A stretch of 63,986 nt of DNA, counting the filler, from Welwitschia mirabilis (Eukaryota): the NCBI GenBank assembly GCA_051453625.1. It is 5 parts of one record of this genome, joined end to end, with 100 filler letters (N's around TTAATTAATTAA, not from the genome) between each part and the next. Parts side by side here need not be neighbours in the genome. Positions count along the whole stretch, not along the records: positions 1 to 17,534 come from JBOZIK010000001.1; 4 more parts are not named here. One strand, given 5' to 3'. Of this stretch, positions 1-14,900 are shown in pieces. The notes under the pieces were generated by a model, which saw only the letters and a program-made list of their open reading frames with translations, searched no databases and was not told the origin of the DNA. The stretch's first letter is position 1. Each line of letters begins with the position of its first letter. A program made the position numbers and the translations under genes.

Positions 1-96
1 ATTGGATCATAATCCAAAATTTGTATTATAAAAGCCTACAACCTAATTGATAAGCTATTTAGTAGTTTTTCCGATCTTGTTTTCCTATTTTCTTAG

Positions 97-531
97 ACCA
101 AAGCATATAGAGTTTGAAATTTATCATAAGAAGTTTAAGAATAAGTGTCCTATAAGTGTATAAACCATTTGATTATGTGAATTAATGGGTTTTGCATTTG
201 ATGTTAATGTAAAAGATGAAGATGAAGTAACTCCCTTACATCTTTCATCAAGAATAAAACATCTCCAAACCATTTAGCTTCTCCTTAGAAATGGATCCTT
301 CATCTATGCATCAACACATCCTAATGGGTATGACATAAAAATTCTTCCTTGCTTTGTAATCTCTCTCAACAACTTTTATGGAGGATATATTTCACTCAAA
401 TCCATCATTTCCACTAATTTTAAATAACCTGGAAGCATCCGTTTATAGCTTGCTGTCAATGTAGGTTATCTAGATATTGCAAGAGAATTGTTGGCTTAGG
501 ATGCAGATTGTATGATAAGAGATTCCTCAAG
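97..531 (+). pseudogene. XB3/XBAT31-like ankyrin-repeat E3 ligase fragment (2 exons, copy A)
   Basis: Manual translation GFAFDVNVKDEDEVTPLHLSSRIKHLQTI*LLLRNGSFIYASTHPNG [GT intron] SIRL*LAVNVGYLDIARELLA*DADCMIRDSS matches the XBAT31-type motif GFARFVNIRD..GATPLHLAAR...STPLHLAARGG.LDCIRELLAWGADRLQRDSSG. Contains stops. Confidence 0.75.
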
Positions 532-1608
532 GTATGTATTTTTTATTACTTTCTCCTCTAAGTCTATAAGTATTGGCTTTTTAAAGGCTTTCTTAAACTA
601 AAAGTGAATCTAGCATATGCTTTCAACTAAAACTATGGATTTCAATCTCATTATGAGTATTGTAATAGCTAGTACACCTAAATATCTCCTAGATGAATTC
701 TCTATGAAGCTACTTTCAAGTACAAACATACTTAATATGCTATCATATTATAGTATATGATTAGATAAAACCTTTAGTTTACAGAAACTTTCCACTAAAG
801 TGACATTTAAATAAGAAGTTTAAAACTCTAATGTTAGTATTTAAACATAATCCATCAAAATTTTAATGAATCAGAAACATGGAAATAATTTCCCATATGA
901 GTTTAAAAATGTGAAGTGCTTTGTAATAAGCATGCTAAGAAAAACCAATGAAATGTACATGAAAATGCATAAAGATTTCTTTAGTTTACTATTTGAACAT
1001 GTACATGTGCCATATGTAAGTTACTTAAATTCATATGTATCATTTTCAGTTTTTATTATATTTTGTAAGATTACTATATTTTTAATTCTTTATACAATAA
1101 TTATCTAAAATAAAATACTCATGTTTCCTCCATATATTTCACTTTTTTTAAACTAATTTCATTTTATTAATTATGGAAAACATGGTCTTAGAATAGGGGT
1201 TGAGCTTCCACTAAACAAAACTAAGGAATACAACAACTAGTTGTCCTCCAAATTTACAAGACAATAAATCATCTCTTCTATTACTAACTAGAGTCATAGT
1301 GTGATAGCTATTTAATGATTTCCATAATATGTTTTTGTTTAAATTGTTGTATAAGCTATGTTGGATAATAGGCATTAGTATGTATTTCATGCTAAGAGAA
1401 ATGAAACTACAAGATCAGGACTAGTCATCCAGTAAATTACATTTACTTACTAAATAAGGTAAGTTTATATTCCAGGATTTTCTATTTATTATATTATAAA
1501 AATTTACTAATTCATATTTAGATGTTAATTATTCTAATAAACCTCATCTAGTATATGTAACATTTAATGTTAATTCTTCATTTTCTTAGTTTTGATTTAA
1601 TTGAATAG

Positions 1609-1779
1609 ATATGCACTAGTCATACAACTTTGGAAATGAACATTGCATGTTATGGGTGGTAGTAAAGAGGATAAACATGAATCTAGTTTAGAGCATTGAA
1701 GCCTTGTAGTAAATGATGGTAAAGCTTTAGAATTATAATGGTTCCTTGAGATACCAATCCTTCATTGTTGTTCGCACAA
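1609..1779 (+). pseudogene. Kelch-repeat protein (At3g27220-like) single-exon fragment, copy A
   Basis: After an AG acceptor: YALVIQLWK*TLHVMGGSKEDKHESSLEH*SLVVNDGKALEL*WFLEIPILH, compared with recalled YAPATQLWRGRLHVMGGSKENRH.P.LEHWSIAVKDGKALE..WR.EIPIPRGGPHR. Confidence 0.75.
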
Positions 1780-2254
1780 ATGAGTAGTAGTTTTTCTTAT
1801 CTCATAAAAGTTAAACTATAAGAGGGATCTCACATTGACTTTTCTCTCTAGTCATTTATCTACATTGATCTATTTTTAATGTCTTTGAAATTCTATTTTC
1901 TAGAATTACTATTATAATTTTTTAATTAAAAAAGAAATATATTAATACTTATGGTTCTCAGCATTTTACTTTCTGCTATTACTTTTTAAAGAATGATATT
2001 ATTCATTACAGAAATCATAAAAAAGCACATTTTGAAGTAGGATTAATACAAAGAATTAAGTTAGCAAAGTTTTTACTGTAGTAGTAGTATCTTCACTTGC
2101 ATAGGCACAGGCTAATTTTTCAAAGGCATTGCTATGGTTCTATAAAAAACACACATGATTAAGAACTTCAAAGATAAAAAAGTACTTTTCTTACTCTATT
2201 ACTACATTTTCTTTGAAGATGATGTCATGTATAACCTGAAGACATCCAAGGGTT

Positions 2255-2878
2255 TATAGACGGTGAGATCCCTTTAATGAAAGATAGTGTTCCTTTTATC
2301 TCTCACATAGTGGTTCTCTAATAAACTTTTTAACAGAGGCCTAATTAGCTTGACTAGAAGAACACTATTTTTATGGGATTTCTGTAATACTTACCTAGCA
2401 TTGGCTTTACTAGCTTTATCTACAATTAGTATCCAGAAATTTAGATATGTGATATAGCCTATTGAAAGACAATTATTTGGTTTTTAACACTTATGTAACT
2501 CATAGCTAAATTAAAAAATTATAGAATAGATATTATAGTTAGAGGAGCAAATGTAAAATCCTTGGGAGGAAATGTGAAAATAAGGAATTTGTAAAACCAT
2601 CATATTTATAAAATCTCATTCTTAAACTTAATTTCTAATCTAATCACTAATCCTTCAATATTTCTTGAGGATTGGTTGTAGTTTTGTGTTATATAACTAT
2701 TACATGAATAAATGTATACAAATATTTGATAATCTCTTAAACATGTAGATATACTTATTAAACAATAGTGGCGATATAACATGCATAGATAGTTACATAC
2801 AGTAATGAATGAAAAAACCTTAGAAAATAAGAAGGAAGAGTATTTATTGCTTTAACTAAATAATAGTGTGAAATCTAA
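2255..2878 (-). pseudogene. Omega-3 fatty acid desaturase (FAD3/7/8-like) 3' fragment, copy A
   Basis: Minus strand ISHYYLVKA (tail of the penultimate exon), an intron, then IKLVKPMLGKYYRNP...ENHYVRD, matching TEAAKPVLGKYYREP...EDHYVSD. Confidence 0.7.
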
Positions 2879-3059
2879 AACTAAAATCTCTTTTAGGATT
2901 CTATGCATAGAGGAACTTTTTATCCTTATTTTCCATGTTGTTCTTCTAGAAGAATAATGGTCAAAGTCTAAAAACTATGGTTGATGGTTAAAAACCAAAA
3001 AAAGCTAGGTAAGATGATGCCCCTCAGATGATTTGAGAGGTTTGCTGAGAGAACCTCAT

Positions 3060-3310
3060 TAGAAGAAAATCTAGGCACAATAGGGAAGAATATGGAGTAT
3101 TTATTGATTTTGGAGAAACCTCCATACTTCTTTCTTACCTAGAAGTAGTGCCTAATAAATTCATTTCATTCAAATGCCTTATCTCAGATATATTCAGAAC
3201 TATCTGAGTGTAGATAGTAGGGAATGTCTGGTTCTAACTAAGAAAAACTAAGAAGCTAAAAGGAGACCAAAGGATAAAAAGCTAAAGATTCTAGATGAAT
3301 TAAAATTTAA
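3060..3310 (+). pseudogene. Possible S1 RNA-binding domain fragment
   Basis: GEEYGVFIDFGETS...EVVP, then frameshifted LSVDSRECLVLTKKN, resembles the S1 consensus (YGAFVD...V+V++VD...+.L+.K). Heavily decayed. Confidence 0.35.
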
Positions 3311-4315
3311 GTAGCTCAAAATATCAAATAGATATAAGAATTCCTATCTAAATATAGGATATAGATTAAGCTTTTTGCACCATAGCCTGTTTACTAGGAT
3401 ATCCTTAATAGATTTGATCTTAGTTAGTTAAACCTAAAGATTAAATTTGATTTGATAGAAGCATAAAAGTGATACGGAGGGAGTGTTCTTGAAGATGAAA
3501 TTATTCCTCTATCTCTAAAGAAAATAGATAAAAGAAGTGAAGGATGCTCGTGTAATATAGGAGTGGAAAGTCCTGGCCTTTAGCTATTTTCAATAAATAA
3601 TAGATAGAAAATCTTACATACCTTGAAAAACTAGATTTTGAGACATGATTATCATTTATGAACTAATTATTTTATAATAATTTGAATTTAGTGAAATTCC
3701 TTAGTTATTAAACATACAAACTTAAGATTATGTCATCTCTTCATAAAACACACATTTAGAACACCTCTTAAGCTGTGGTTCAGATAACTTTACTTATATT
3801 TAAGAATTTTTACTTTTGGCTTTCAAAAAATATTATTAAGTAGCATTTGCTTTAAAATTGAATATCAATAATAACATTTTAATGTTATCTATAAAATGTA
3901 TGTTTCTACTAAAAATAGCACTAAATGATAAACAGGGATAGATAAATGAAATAATGATAAATTTTTCAATTTCACCAAAGTATCCATCACCTTTTTATAG
4001 ATTTCAAATGAACAATTATATCCCTTTTCTTAATTTCTCTTTTTCATGAATTGTATGTTCNNNNNNNNNNNNNNNNNNNNNNNNNNNNNNNNNNNNNNNN
4101 NNNNNNNNNNNNNNNNNNNNNNNNNNNNNNNNNNNNNNNNNNNNNNNNNNNNNNNNNNNNTTATTTGACATTAATGATAGTTTTCATAGGCTAGATTTTT
4201 TCCCTTTTCTACTATTTTCTATTTTATTTTCATCTATCCTTTCAAAATGTAGGGTTTTGAAAATAATAATAAGCTATTCAGTAGTGTTGCTAATCTTGTT
4301 TTCCTATTTTCTTAG

Positions 4316-4699
4316 ACCAAAGAATACAAAGTTTGAAATTTATCATAAAACATTTAAGAAGAAGTGGCGTATAAGTGCATAAATCATTTAGTCATGTGAA
4401 GGAATGGGTTTTGCATTTTATGTTAATGTAAAAGATGAAAATGGAGTAACTCCCTTACATCTTACATAAAAAATGAGACATCTTCAAACCATTTACCTTC
4501 TCCTTAGAAATGGATCCTTCATCTATGCATTAATACATCTTGAGGGATATGACATAAAAAAGTCTTCCTTGCTTTGTACTCTCTCTCAGCAACTTTTATG
4601 GAGGATAAATTTCATTCAGATCCATCTTTTCCACTAATTTTAGGCAATCTAGAAGCATCCCTCTACATCTTACTGCTAGAGGAATTTATCTAGATATTG
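4316..4699 (+). pseudogene. XBAT31-like ankyrin fragment, copy B (truncated)
   Basis: VNVKDENGVTPLHLT*KMRHLQTIYLLLRNGSFIYA...SIPLHLTARGIYLDIV. Diverged duplicate of about 97-480, cut at about 4699. Confidence 0.75.
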
Positions 4700-4702
4700 T
4701 TG

Positions 4703-6060
<1,358 letters not shown>

Positions 6061-6769
6061 GTTAATTATAATCACAACAAAGTTCTTTGTAACAAGCATG
6101 TCAAAAAGGACCAATGAAATGTACATGAACATGCATAAAGATTTCTTTAGTTTACTATTTGAGCATGTAAATGTACCATATGTAAGTTACTTAAATTCAT
6201 ATGTATAATTTTTAGTTTTCCTTATATTTTATAAGATTGCTATATTTTTAGTTATTTATACAACAATTTTCTAAAATAAAATATTCATGTTTCCTCCATG
6301 TATGTCACTCTTTTGAAATGAATTTTATTTTTTTAATTATGAAAAACATAGTCTCAGAATAGGGGTTGAGTTTTCAATGAACAAAACTAAGGAATACAAC
6401 AACTAGTTATCCTTCAGATTTACAAGATAACAAATTGTCTCTTCTATTACTAACTAGAGCCATGGTGTGATAGCTATTTAATTATATCCATATTATGTTT
6501 CTATTTGGATTGTTGTATAAGTTTGACAATAAGCATTGGTATGCATTTTGTGATAAGAAAAATGAAACTAAAAGATCAGGACTAGTCATCCAGTAAATTA
6601 CATTTTACCTACTGAAGAACGTAGTTTATATTCCAAGATTTCCTATTTATTGCATTAGGATACTTCACTAATTTAGCTTTAGATGTTAATTAATCTAATA
6701 AATCTCATCTAGTTTATGTAACATTTAATGTTAATTCTTCATTTTCTTAGTTTTGCTTTAATTTAATAG

Positions 6770-6934
6770 ATGTGCACAAGTCATAAAACTTTGAATTTCT
6801 CATATTATTTGTGGTAGTAAAGAGGATCAACATGAACCTGCCTTAGAGCATTGAAGTATTGTAGTAAAGGATGATAAAGCTTTAGAATTATAATGGTGTC
6901 TTAAGATACCAATCCTTCATGGTGGTCTGCACAA
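6770..6934 (+). pseudogene. Kelch-repeat (At3g27220-like) exon fragment, copy B
   Basis: GSKEDQHEPALEH*SIVVKDDKALEL*WCLKIPILHGGLH, bounded by AG and GTGAGT. Confidence 0.75.
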
Positions 6935-7439
6935 GTGAGTATCAATTTATCTTATCTTTTAAAACTTAAACTATAAGAGGGTTCTCACATTGACTTTTAT
7001 CTTTAGACATTTACTTACGTTGATATATTTTTAATGTATTTGAAATTCTATTTTCTAGGATTACTATTATTTTTTAATTAAAAATTAATTTATCAGTACT
7101 TATGGTTCTTAGCATTTTACTTTCTACTACTACTTTTTGAACAATGTTATTATTCATCACAAAAATCATAAAAAAGCACATTTTAGATTAGCATTAATAT
7201 AAAGAGTTAAGTTAACAGAGTTTTTACTATAATAGTAGTATCTCCACTTGCATAGGCACAAGTTGATTTTTAAAAGGCACTGCTATTGCATTATTATAAT
7301 TTTTTCACTAAGTATATTTCTAGAGATAACACACATGGTTAACAACATCAAAGATGAGGAAGTACTCTACATACTCTATTACTAGATTTTCTTTAAATAT
7401 GATGTCATGTACAATTTGAAGACATCCAAGGGCTTATAG

Positions 7440-8881
7440 ATGGTGAGATCCCTTTAATAAAATACAATGTTCCTTTCATCTCTCACATAGTAGTCCTCTG
7501 ATAAACTCTTTAACAGAGGCCTAATTAGCTTAACTAGAAGTACACTATTTTTATGGGGTTTCTATAATACTTACCTAGCACTAGCTTCTCTACCTCTGTC
7601 TATAATCAACACCTAGAAACTTAGATATGAAATATGGCCTATTGAAAAATAAATGTTTGGTCTTTAAAACTTCCATAATTCATAGCTAGATTCAAAAAAT
7701 TATAGAGTAGAGATTATAGTTAGAGGAAAAAATGTAAAATTCTTGATATGGAATGTGAAAATAAGGAATTTATAAAACCATCATATTTACAAAATTTCAT
7801 TCTTAAACTTAATTTCTAATCTAACCACTAATCCCTCAGGATTCCTTGAGGATTGTTTATAGTTTTGAGTTATATAACTATTACATAAATAAATGTATAT
7901 AAGTCTTTGATAATCTCTCAAACATATAGATATACTTATTATATAGTAGCGGCCATAAAACATGCATAGAAAGTTACATATAGTAATGAATGGAAAAATC
8001 TTAGAAAATAAAAAGGAAGGGTATTTACTAATTTAACAAAATAATAGTGTGAAATCTAATGGAAATAAGTGGTGCACAATGTATATACTATTATCATGAT
8101 AGATTTTGTTGAAGATTCCATAGTCCATGTCAAGGGTGGAAAGTCCTTCTCTCAAATAGATCCATTCATTTTCAAATTACACTAGGCATAAAAACTTATC
8201 ATTTTAATTATTTTTGAAAAAGTTATTATAAGGTATAGACTTTACATATCCAAAAGATTAAAAATAACTAATAAATTGCAAATGATGTGAAATTGCAAAT
8301 AGTGTGATTAATGTTATTTTTCTTTATACCATAGTACTTTTTGCTTATGTCCATGATTATGTTCGTAAGTGATCAAATCTAATCATCCCATAAATACCTG
8401 TTAAGAAAGAAGGCAATAATAAGGGGAGCTAAGAATTTAAATTCTAATGTTTTTATTAGTTCCGTCCATAGATCTCATAATCAAAATGAAAGGATGTAGA
8501 GAGATGGCACTCAATTGATTTCCCTAGTCTGGAATCAAGTACAACTTTTAAGATCCATAGGGGACTCATGACTATGGTACAATCCCTGAGTATATATGCC
8601 ATGATAAAACAACAGAGTGTTGAATTTATAACATCTTTTCTTTCACTTGGATTAAACAGATTTAAGTCTAGATCAAAATGTTATCCTTCTTTACTAGGAG
8701 AGTTGTACATCTATTCTTAGACATTAATCAATATTCTTAGTAGCACAGGACATAGCTTGTTAAATTATAGATATCTGAGATTCCTAAAAAGGTATAGAGA
8801 AAATGTAAACAACTACCATGGGATAGTGGACCTTCAAATCTTAGTGCCTTCAGGCAGGTTCTTACATACCTTCTATGTAAG
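7440..8881 (-). pseudogene. Omega-3 fatty acid desaturase (FAD3/7/8-like) fragment, last five exons with introns
   Basis: Minus-strand exons in native order: [132 protein letters not shown]...SEDYYVRDERNIVFY. Confidence 0.85.
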
Positions 8882-10749
8882 CTAATATAAAATAAAAACA
8901 TGACTAAAATAGATAATGTCCAGTATTTCCCTACTTGTGAATAACAAGTTAAAATGTTTTTTCATAATGTGTGACCTCTTATATGCCTTGAAAAACTAGA
9001 GTTTAAGACATTGATTGTCATTTATGTACTAATTATTTTATAAACATTTTAAATTTAGTGAAATTCCTTAGTTATTAAACATGAAAATTTAAGATTATGT
9101 CATCTTTTTATAAAACACACACTTATAATACCTCTTAAGTTGTGTGTTAGATAAATTTACTTATATTTAAGCATTTTTACTTTTGGCTTTCAAAAAATGT
9201 TACTAAGCAACATCTAATTTAAAATTGGATATTAGTAATAATACTTTAATGTTAGCTATAAAAAGTATGTTGCTACTAGAAAAAGCACTAAATAAGAAAG
9301 AGGAATAGATAAATGGAATCATGATAATTTTTTTAATTTCACCAAATTAGCCATCACCTTTTTATAGATTTCAAATGAACAATTATATCCCTTTTCTTAA
9401 TTTCTCTTTTTCATGAATTGTATGTTCTTCATTATCCTCTAGTATTTTTTGAGTGATATTTCTTTATTTAGGGACCTAATTTCAAATGAAATACTATATT
9501 TATTTTTTCTTTTAATTTATGGGTGGCTTGGGAATGTTGTGTTTCTTATCATCATCTTCTAAGATTACACTTCTAAGATAAAAAATACTATTTTCCAACT
9601 CTTGGTCATTAATTTCTTATAAAGCACTCTCATCAAAGTAGATTCCAAGAAATAGTAGATGACATAAGGCTTTTAATGGTAAGAACATTCTTGAGTAGTC
9701 AACTAGACTCATTAAAATGAAAAAAAAAAGCAACTTTATTTTGAGTTTAGCAATACAAGAAATATAATACGAATTGATAAAGTTCTATTATCTAGAAGTT
9801 CATCTATCAAACTAGTTACTAAATTTAGACTCAGTAATGTCTTATAATTATTCATAACCTACTATTCTTATTCATCTAGATCTAGCTGATGTTGACTAAC
9901 TACTAAATTCTTAGGAGAAGAGGTTAAAGTAGAATCTCTACTTGAGTTGTAAGAAGATGCATTAGTTATTCCCCATATGAGCTTGTGAGTATCCTTCTGT
10001 AAGGCATGCTATTTGAAGACCTTTCTATATTTGTTATATGGGGATTTTCTATCTATCATTGCTCTAATAACTTTTGATAATCATAGCATGAAGGTTTTTG
10101 GATAATGGCTTAGCCTAAACCATTGTTTAATGGTTGTTTCTCTACCTTGAGGAGTGTTTCTATTAAAATAGGCTCTACCTCAAGTCTCTGTCGACCATGT
10201 TCTTTTATTGTTGAAAGTGAAAAACTAATAATGTAGCTTTGTAAGGCATCTAAATGAGATCATGCATCTAGTTTATGGGCATGATCAACAACATTATAAG
10301 AATTGAAGGATACAATCATATTGTGTAACCATAGTAGGTGGCTAGTGCTCTTCATAGCTATGCTAATGAAGAATACTCTCAAATTTATTACTCTTTACTA
10401 CCCAAGCACTTAATCGACATGCTTAAAAATGGATAGTAATGTTTTTGTCTTAGGTTATACAAGCCAAATACATTACACCATAGCACAAACCTCATGGGAC
10501 ATGTCCATTATGTGTAATAAATTTGAAAAGTTATTAATCTTAAATTAATAAATAGATGATTTGTTATTTCTCTTAAATATCCTACTGGTTGTGAATGCAA
10601 TGATACCTTTTTGCTTAGCTATAATAATATCTCTCTATGATACTTTCTCTTAAACTATTATTAGACACTTTGTTATCTTTCTAAATTATGATATGAAAAT
10701 TTAACTATGATTATTAAAACCTAATTGTGATTGTTGATTATTATCTTAG

Positions 10750-10806
10750 GTACACATAGAGTACTTAGAAGCAAGGGCTGATATAATGGTTATAGCTTCT
10801 TATTAG
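10750..10806 (+). pseudogene. Homocysteine S-methyltransferase single-exon fragment
   Basis: AG|VHIEYLEARADIMVIASY*|GT, compared with plant HMT VHMEYLEAGADIIVTSSYQ (Gln codon read as TAG). Confidence 0.65.
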
Positions 10807-11199
10807 GTATATGATAATCCTATTTATTTTATAACAATTCAGATTGGCTTTGGATTTATCTTTGCTTATCTTACTCAAGTAGCCTATGAGAATCATCTTT
10901 AATTCTTTTTTATTTTTTAATCTTTTTAATCATCAAAATAAGTCTAAACACTTGAAGATATAAAAAAGGCCATCACAAACAAAAAATAGAGAGATATTAC
11001 TTAATAAGATTAGTAGATATCAGTTAAAGTTGCATTTATTTTTTGCACAAAGATTAGAAATTAAAAAAAAACAAATAACTGATTGCACATTAGAAAACAG
11101 ATGTTGATGCATTTGTTTTATTATTTTTTTCTAGGTAACTCCTTTCAAGGTGTTTATTTGATAAACATCTTCAAATAGCTTTTGAGGAATTTTTTAAAA

Positions 11200-11450
11200 T
11201 AAATTCATTAAATGGCCTTTTGCAACATTTGTTTGAATAAATGCCTAAGATGTTTATTTAAAAAATTACTGTAAAAGACCTATTAAGGCATTTCTTTGAA
11301 AAACACCTTAAAATCTATTTTGAGACATTGTTATTAAAATACCTTAAAAATGCCTTAAGGTGAAGTTTTTAAAAGCATTTTGTGAAGAAATGCCTTAAAA
11401 GCATTTAAGGCATTTTTTTAAGACCTTTAAATCTTGTATTTCTTGTAGTG
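11200..11450 (-). repeat. CACTA terminal inverted repeat plus subterminal repeat array
   Basis: TIR at 11439-11450. Variants of AAATGCCTTAA/TTAAGGCATTT occur in both orientations at about 11240, 11283, 11301, 11340-11360 and 11388-11415. The next 3 bp (ATC) are the expected TSD. Confidence 0.8.
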
Positions 11451-11981
11451 ATCCATCCTTTCCAAGCTTGGTCAGTAGGTGTAAAAAATAATATAATAAG
11501 ATCTAATAAATTATTTTAACTACATGAGACAAAAAACATGAGTAAATACTTTAGATCACATATAATTACTATTGCATGAATGAAATAAAGTTAAAAGAAA
11601 TCTATATCAAAGGTGCAATTAATTTTTAACATAAGTCAAGTGATCCAATGTTAAATTGCATTAATAGAAAAACATTTGTAAGCAATAGTGTGTTTCATAA
11701 TCAAATTAATCTTTCAATTAATTAACTAAAATAAATAAGTTAATCTTTTAATAAATTCTAAAATAAATAATCGTGCAAATACCTAGTTTAACTATTACTT
11801 TTATTCCATATATTATTATTTTTAAACAATTTGAAACTAGACTTATTATTATTATTATATTTTTAATATTTAATTATTTATCCAAATTAACTAAGAAGGT
11901 TTTTTAAACTTAAGAAAATATAGATGTGATAAATCTCTCTGCCTTAAGAGGTCTTTTCCTAAAAATGTATTAGTAGCTCAG

Positions 11982-14900
11982 TGTTTCGATGCTGATTTGT
12001 AGGAATTTGATGGTGTATTTGGAGTACTTTTGCAGGACATTTATACAAGTTTAGATGCAATTCTACTAATTATGAAGAGATGATAAGATGATCATGAAAG
12101 CATGTAATTCTTGGCATAATTGGAATCATTTCAGGCATGATCTGATACTTAGCATAATAAAGGAGAACTAAAGGTAAAGAAGACCAGTTTACGCTACTTG
12201 AGGAGCTTGGAAAGAGTGTCGTTCCCACTATCATCCCCATGATAGAGGGGACGATAGCTTATTATGTGGATAAAGGCTGAGGCATCGACAACATCACATG
12301 ATGATAGAGCATCGTCCACCATGTTGTCTGGATGACTGACAAGACAACCACATGAGTAACATGCGATCACAACCCATAAAGCTAATGGTATCACATTGGC
12401 ACACAATCCAAGACAAGAAGGTTGCATCGTCCCCACTGTCATGTGGATGACTAACAGGACGACAGATGATTTTACATATCCACAATAAATACTATTGTAA
12501 ATGGGGTCAAGTAACTCATGTGGGTGACTAGGGTTTTCTTAACAGATTTCTAGGTTATGATTCATTGTAAAAACTATAAATACCCCTTCCCTCCTTCACT
12601 TCCAATCATCTTTTGACTTGATATGCTTGTGACGGAAGATTGAAGGTAGGAAGTCCATCCAATAGTTGCAGAAAGGGGTTTTCTTGGTGTTAGGCTATGT
12701 CTCTTCCATTCAGGAGCTGTTATTCTATTATAAGTGAATGTAAAGTTCTTTTGATTAATACAAATACTCTCTTTCACTCCCATTATGTGAATGTCCCTTA
12801 TGGTTTAAGTTCATCTTAGTTATTGACAATCTTGGATTTATTTTGATCATGAGGGAAACCTTTGTTAAGGCTGACCTTGGTTAGTAATAGGTCTGCATTG
12901 AATTTCTATTTCATTCATATTTCATATTGCATATTTTACGTGGTAGATCTAATGGTTTATGTTAATTAAGAATTAGTAGATACTCTTATTGATTGATGTA
13001 AATTATAGAAAAGATAGTCTTTATGACAGAAAGGCTAGAATCTAGTCCTTATGACAGAAGGATTAGGATCTAAGTAGAATCTCATTTCCATTACCATTCA
13101 TTTGCATATCTTCATTTATCTTACATTGCATTCACTTTACTATTTCCTTTTAGTTAAGTAAAAGATAAAATACCAAAACTACCTTTGGAAATAAATTTTC
13201 TAACTCTAAGCCTAGTGCCTTCATTGGGATTATGACATTCAGGTGAATTCTCGTCTATACTAGCGTGTGTCTTTTTGTAATTTATATGATTTACATGTTT
13301 ACCTAAGGATTTTAAGATTGTATAAATTCGTATCGCAACATTTTGGTGCCATTTTCGAAGAAGGCCGCAAAGAGCTAAGAGAATTGTCATTAATCACATA
13401 AGTACCTTGAATCTTTTTGTTTAGGTTATTTATTTGAATTAATGTTTTATTTCTAGCGTATCTTAAGGTAGATTTATTTTTTGCAAAATTTTATTTTCNN
13501 NNNNNNNNNNNCATCTAGACGACATAGGGTACGATAATTCTAAAATTTTGACTTTAGTTTCTATTTTTGCAATTTTTCTTTTGTTTAGAGTTTACTGTCA
13601 TCCTATTTGTCATCCAGACGACGAGGTGGATGACAGTCTTAGTTTTAGTAATTTTCTTTTGGTAGTTTCTAAAGTTTTGTTGTTTTAGAGTTTAGTCTTT
13701 CTGTGATTGTTATCCAACCTGTCATCCCCACGATAAGGTGGACGACAGTCCATTACATTTGATTCTGATTTTTTTTTTTAATGTTTGTGCATGTAAGGAT
13801 ACAAAAAATTATGGATGAAAGATGAATTATCAGCCAGCAAGGAACTAGATTAACAGAAACATCAAGAATTATTCAACTTTAAATAAAAATCCAGGTATGC
13901 ACAACACAGGTACGTAAATTCTAAAATTTATTTTTTCTATCTTAGAATTAGATTTTCTTTTTTCTGTATAGTTAATTTGCAATAATGATGTTACATCTTC
14001 TGGGGTATTAAGAAATAGCAACCTCAAACATCCAAAAACATTAACCTTCATTATGTACCTCTCTTCCTTATCATTTTGAATTTAGACTCTCTTATTCTAT
14101 NNNNNNNNNNNNNNNNNNNNNNNNNNNNNNNNNNNNNNNNNNNNNNNNNNNNNNNNNNNNNNNNNNNNNNNNNNNNNNNNNNNNNNNNNNNNNNNNNNNN
14201 NNNNNNNNNNNNNNNNNNNNNNNNNNNNNNNNNNNNNNNNNNNNNNNNNNNNNNNNNNNNNNNNNNNNNNNNNNNNNNNNNNNAACCTAATTATTCTTTT
14301 CCCTCTTCTTTTCAAACCTCATATCAAGATAATGATGAAGATTCACCATTTTTTAGGGATTCCACCTCATTTAGACAAACCTCTTGCAATCATCTTTCTC
14401 AATCCCAATCATCTTTCATGATTTACTATCACGAAGAACCATCTCCCATCAACTACTAGGAAGAATAAAAAGATCCATTAAGAGAAATTATTGGTGAAAT
14501 GACGAAGAACCAAGAAAACACTAATAAAAACTTAAAAAGATTAGTTAAAATCTTACAACAAAACCTATTAAATATTCAAAGATCTTTCACAACACAACAT
14601 CCTCATAACCATTCCACTCCATTCTATCTTAAGGAAAATGATGAGAATGATTCTTGCTTTCAACTTGAAGATGAACGTATAAATCAAAATTTAACATCCT
14701 ACTCATTAGGAGATAATAAAAAACGGTTATAATAATAATATAACTCAACATGTCAACAATTGAGATGAAGATAACCACTTAGTAGAAGATGATATTGAGA
14801 TATTAGATTATATCCCTACCATTCATCTTCTATTAGATAATTAAGAGGAGGAATCTAATCATGAGAAAACTAAAAATTTTTCAACCAATGATGAAGATGA

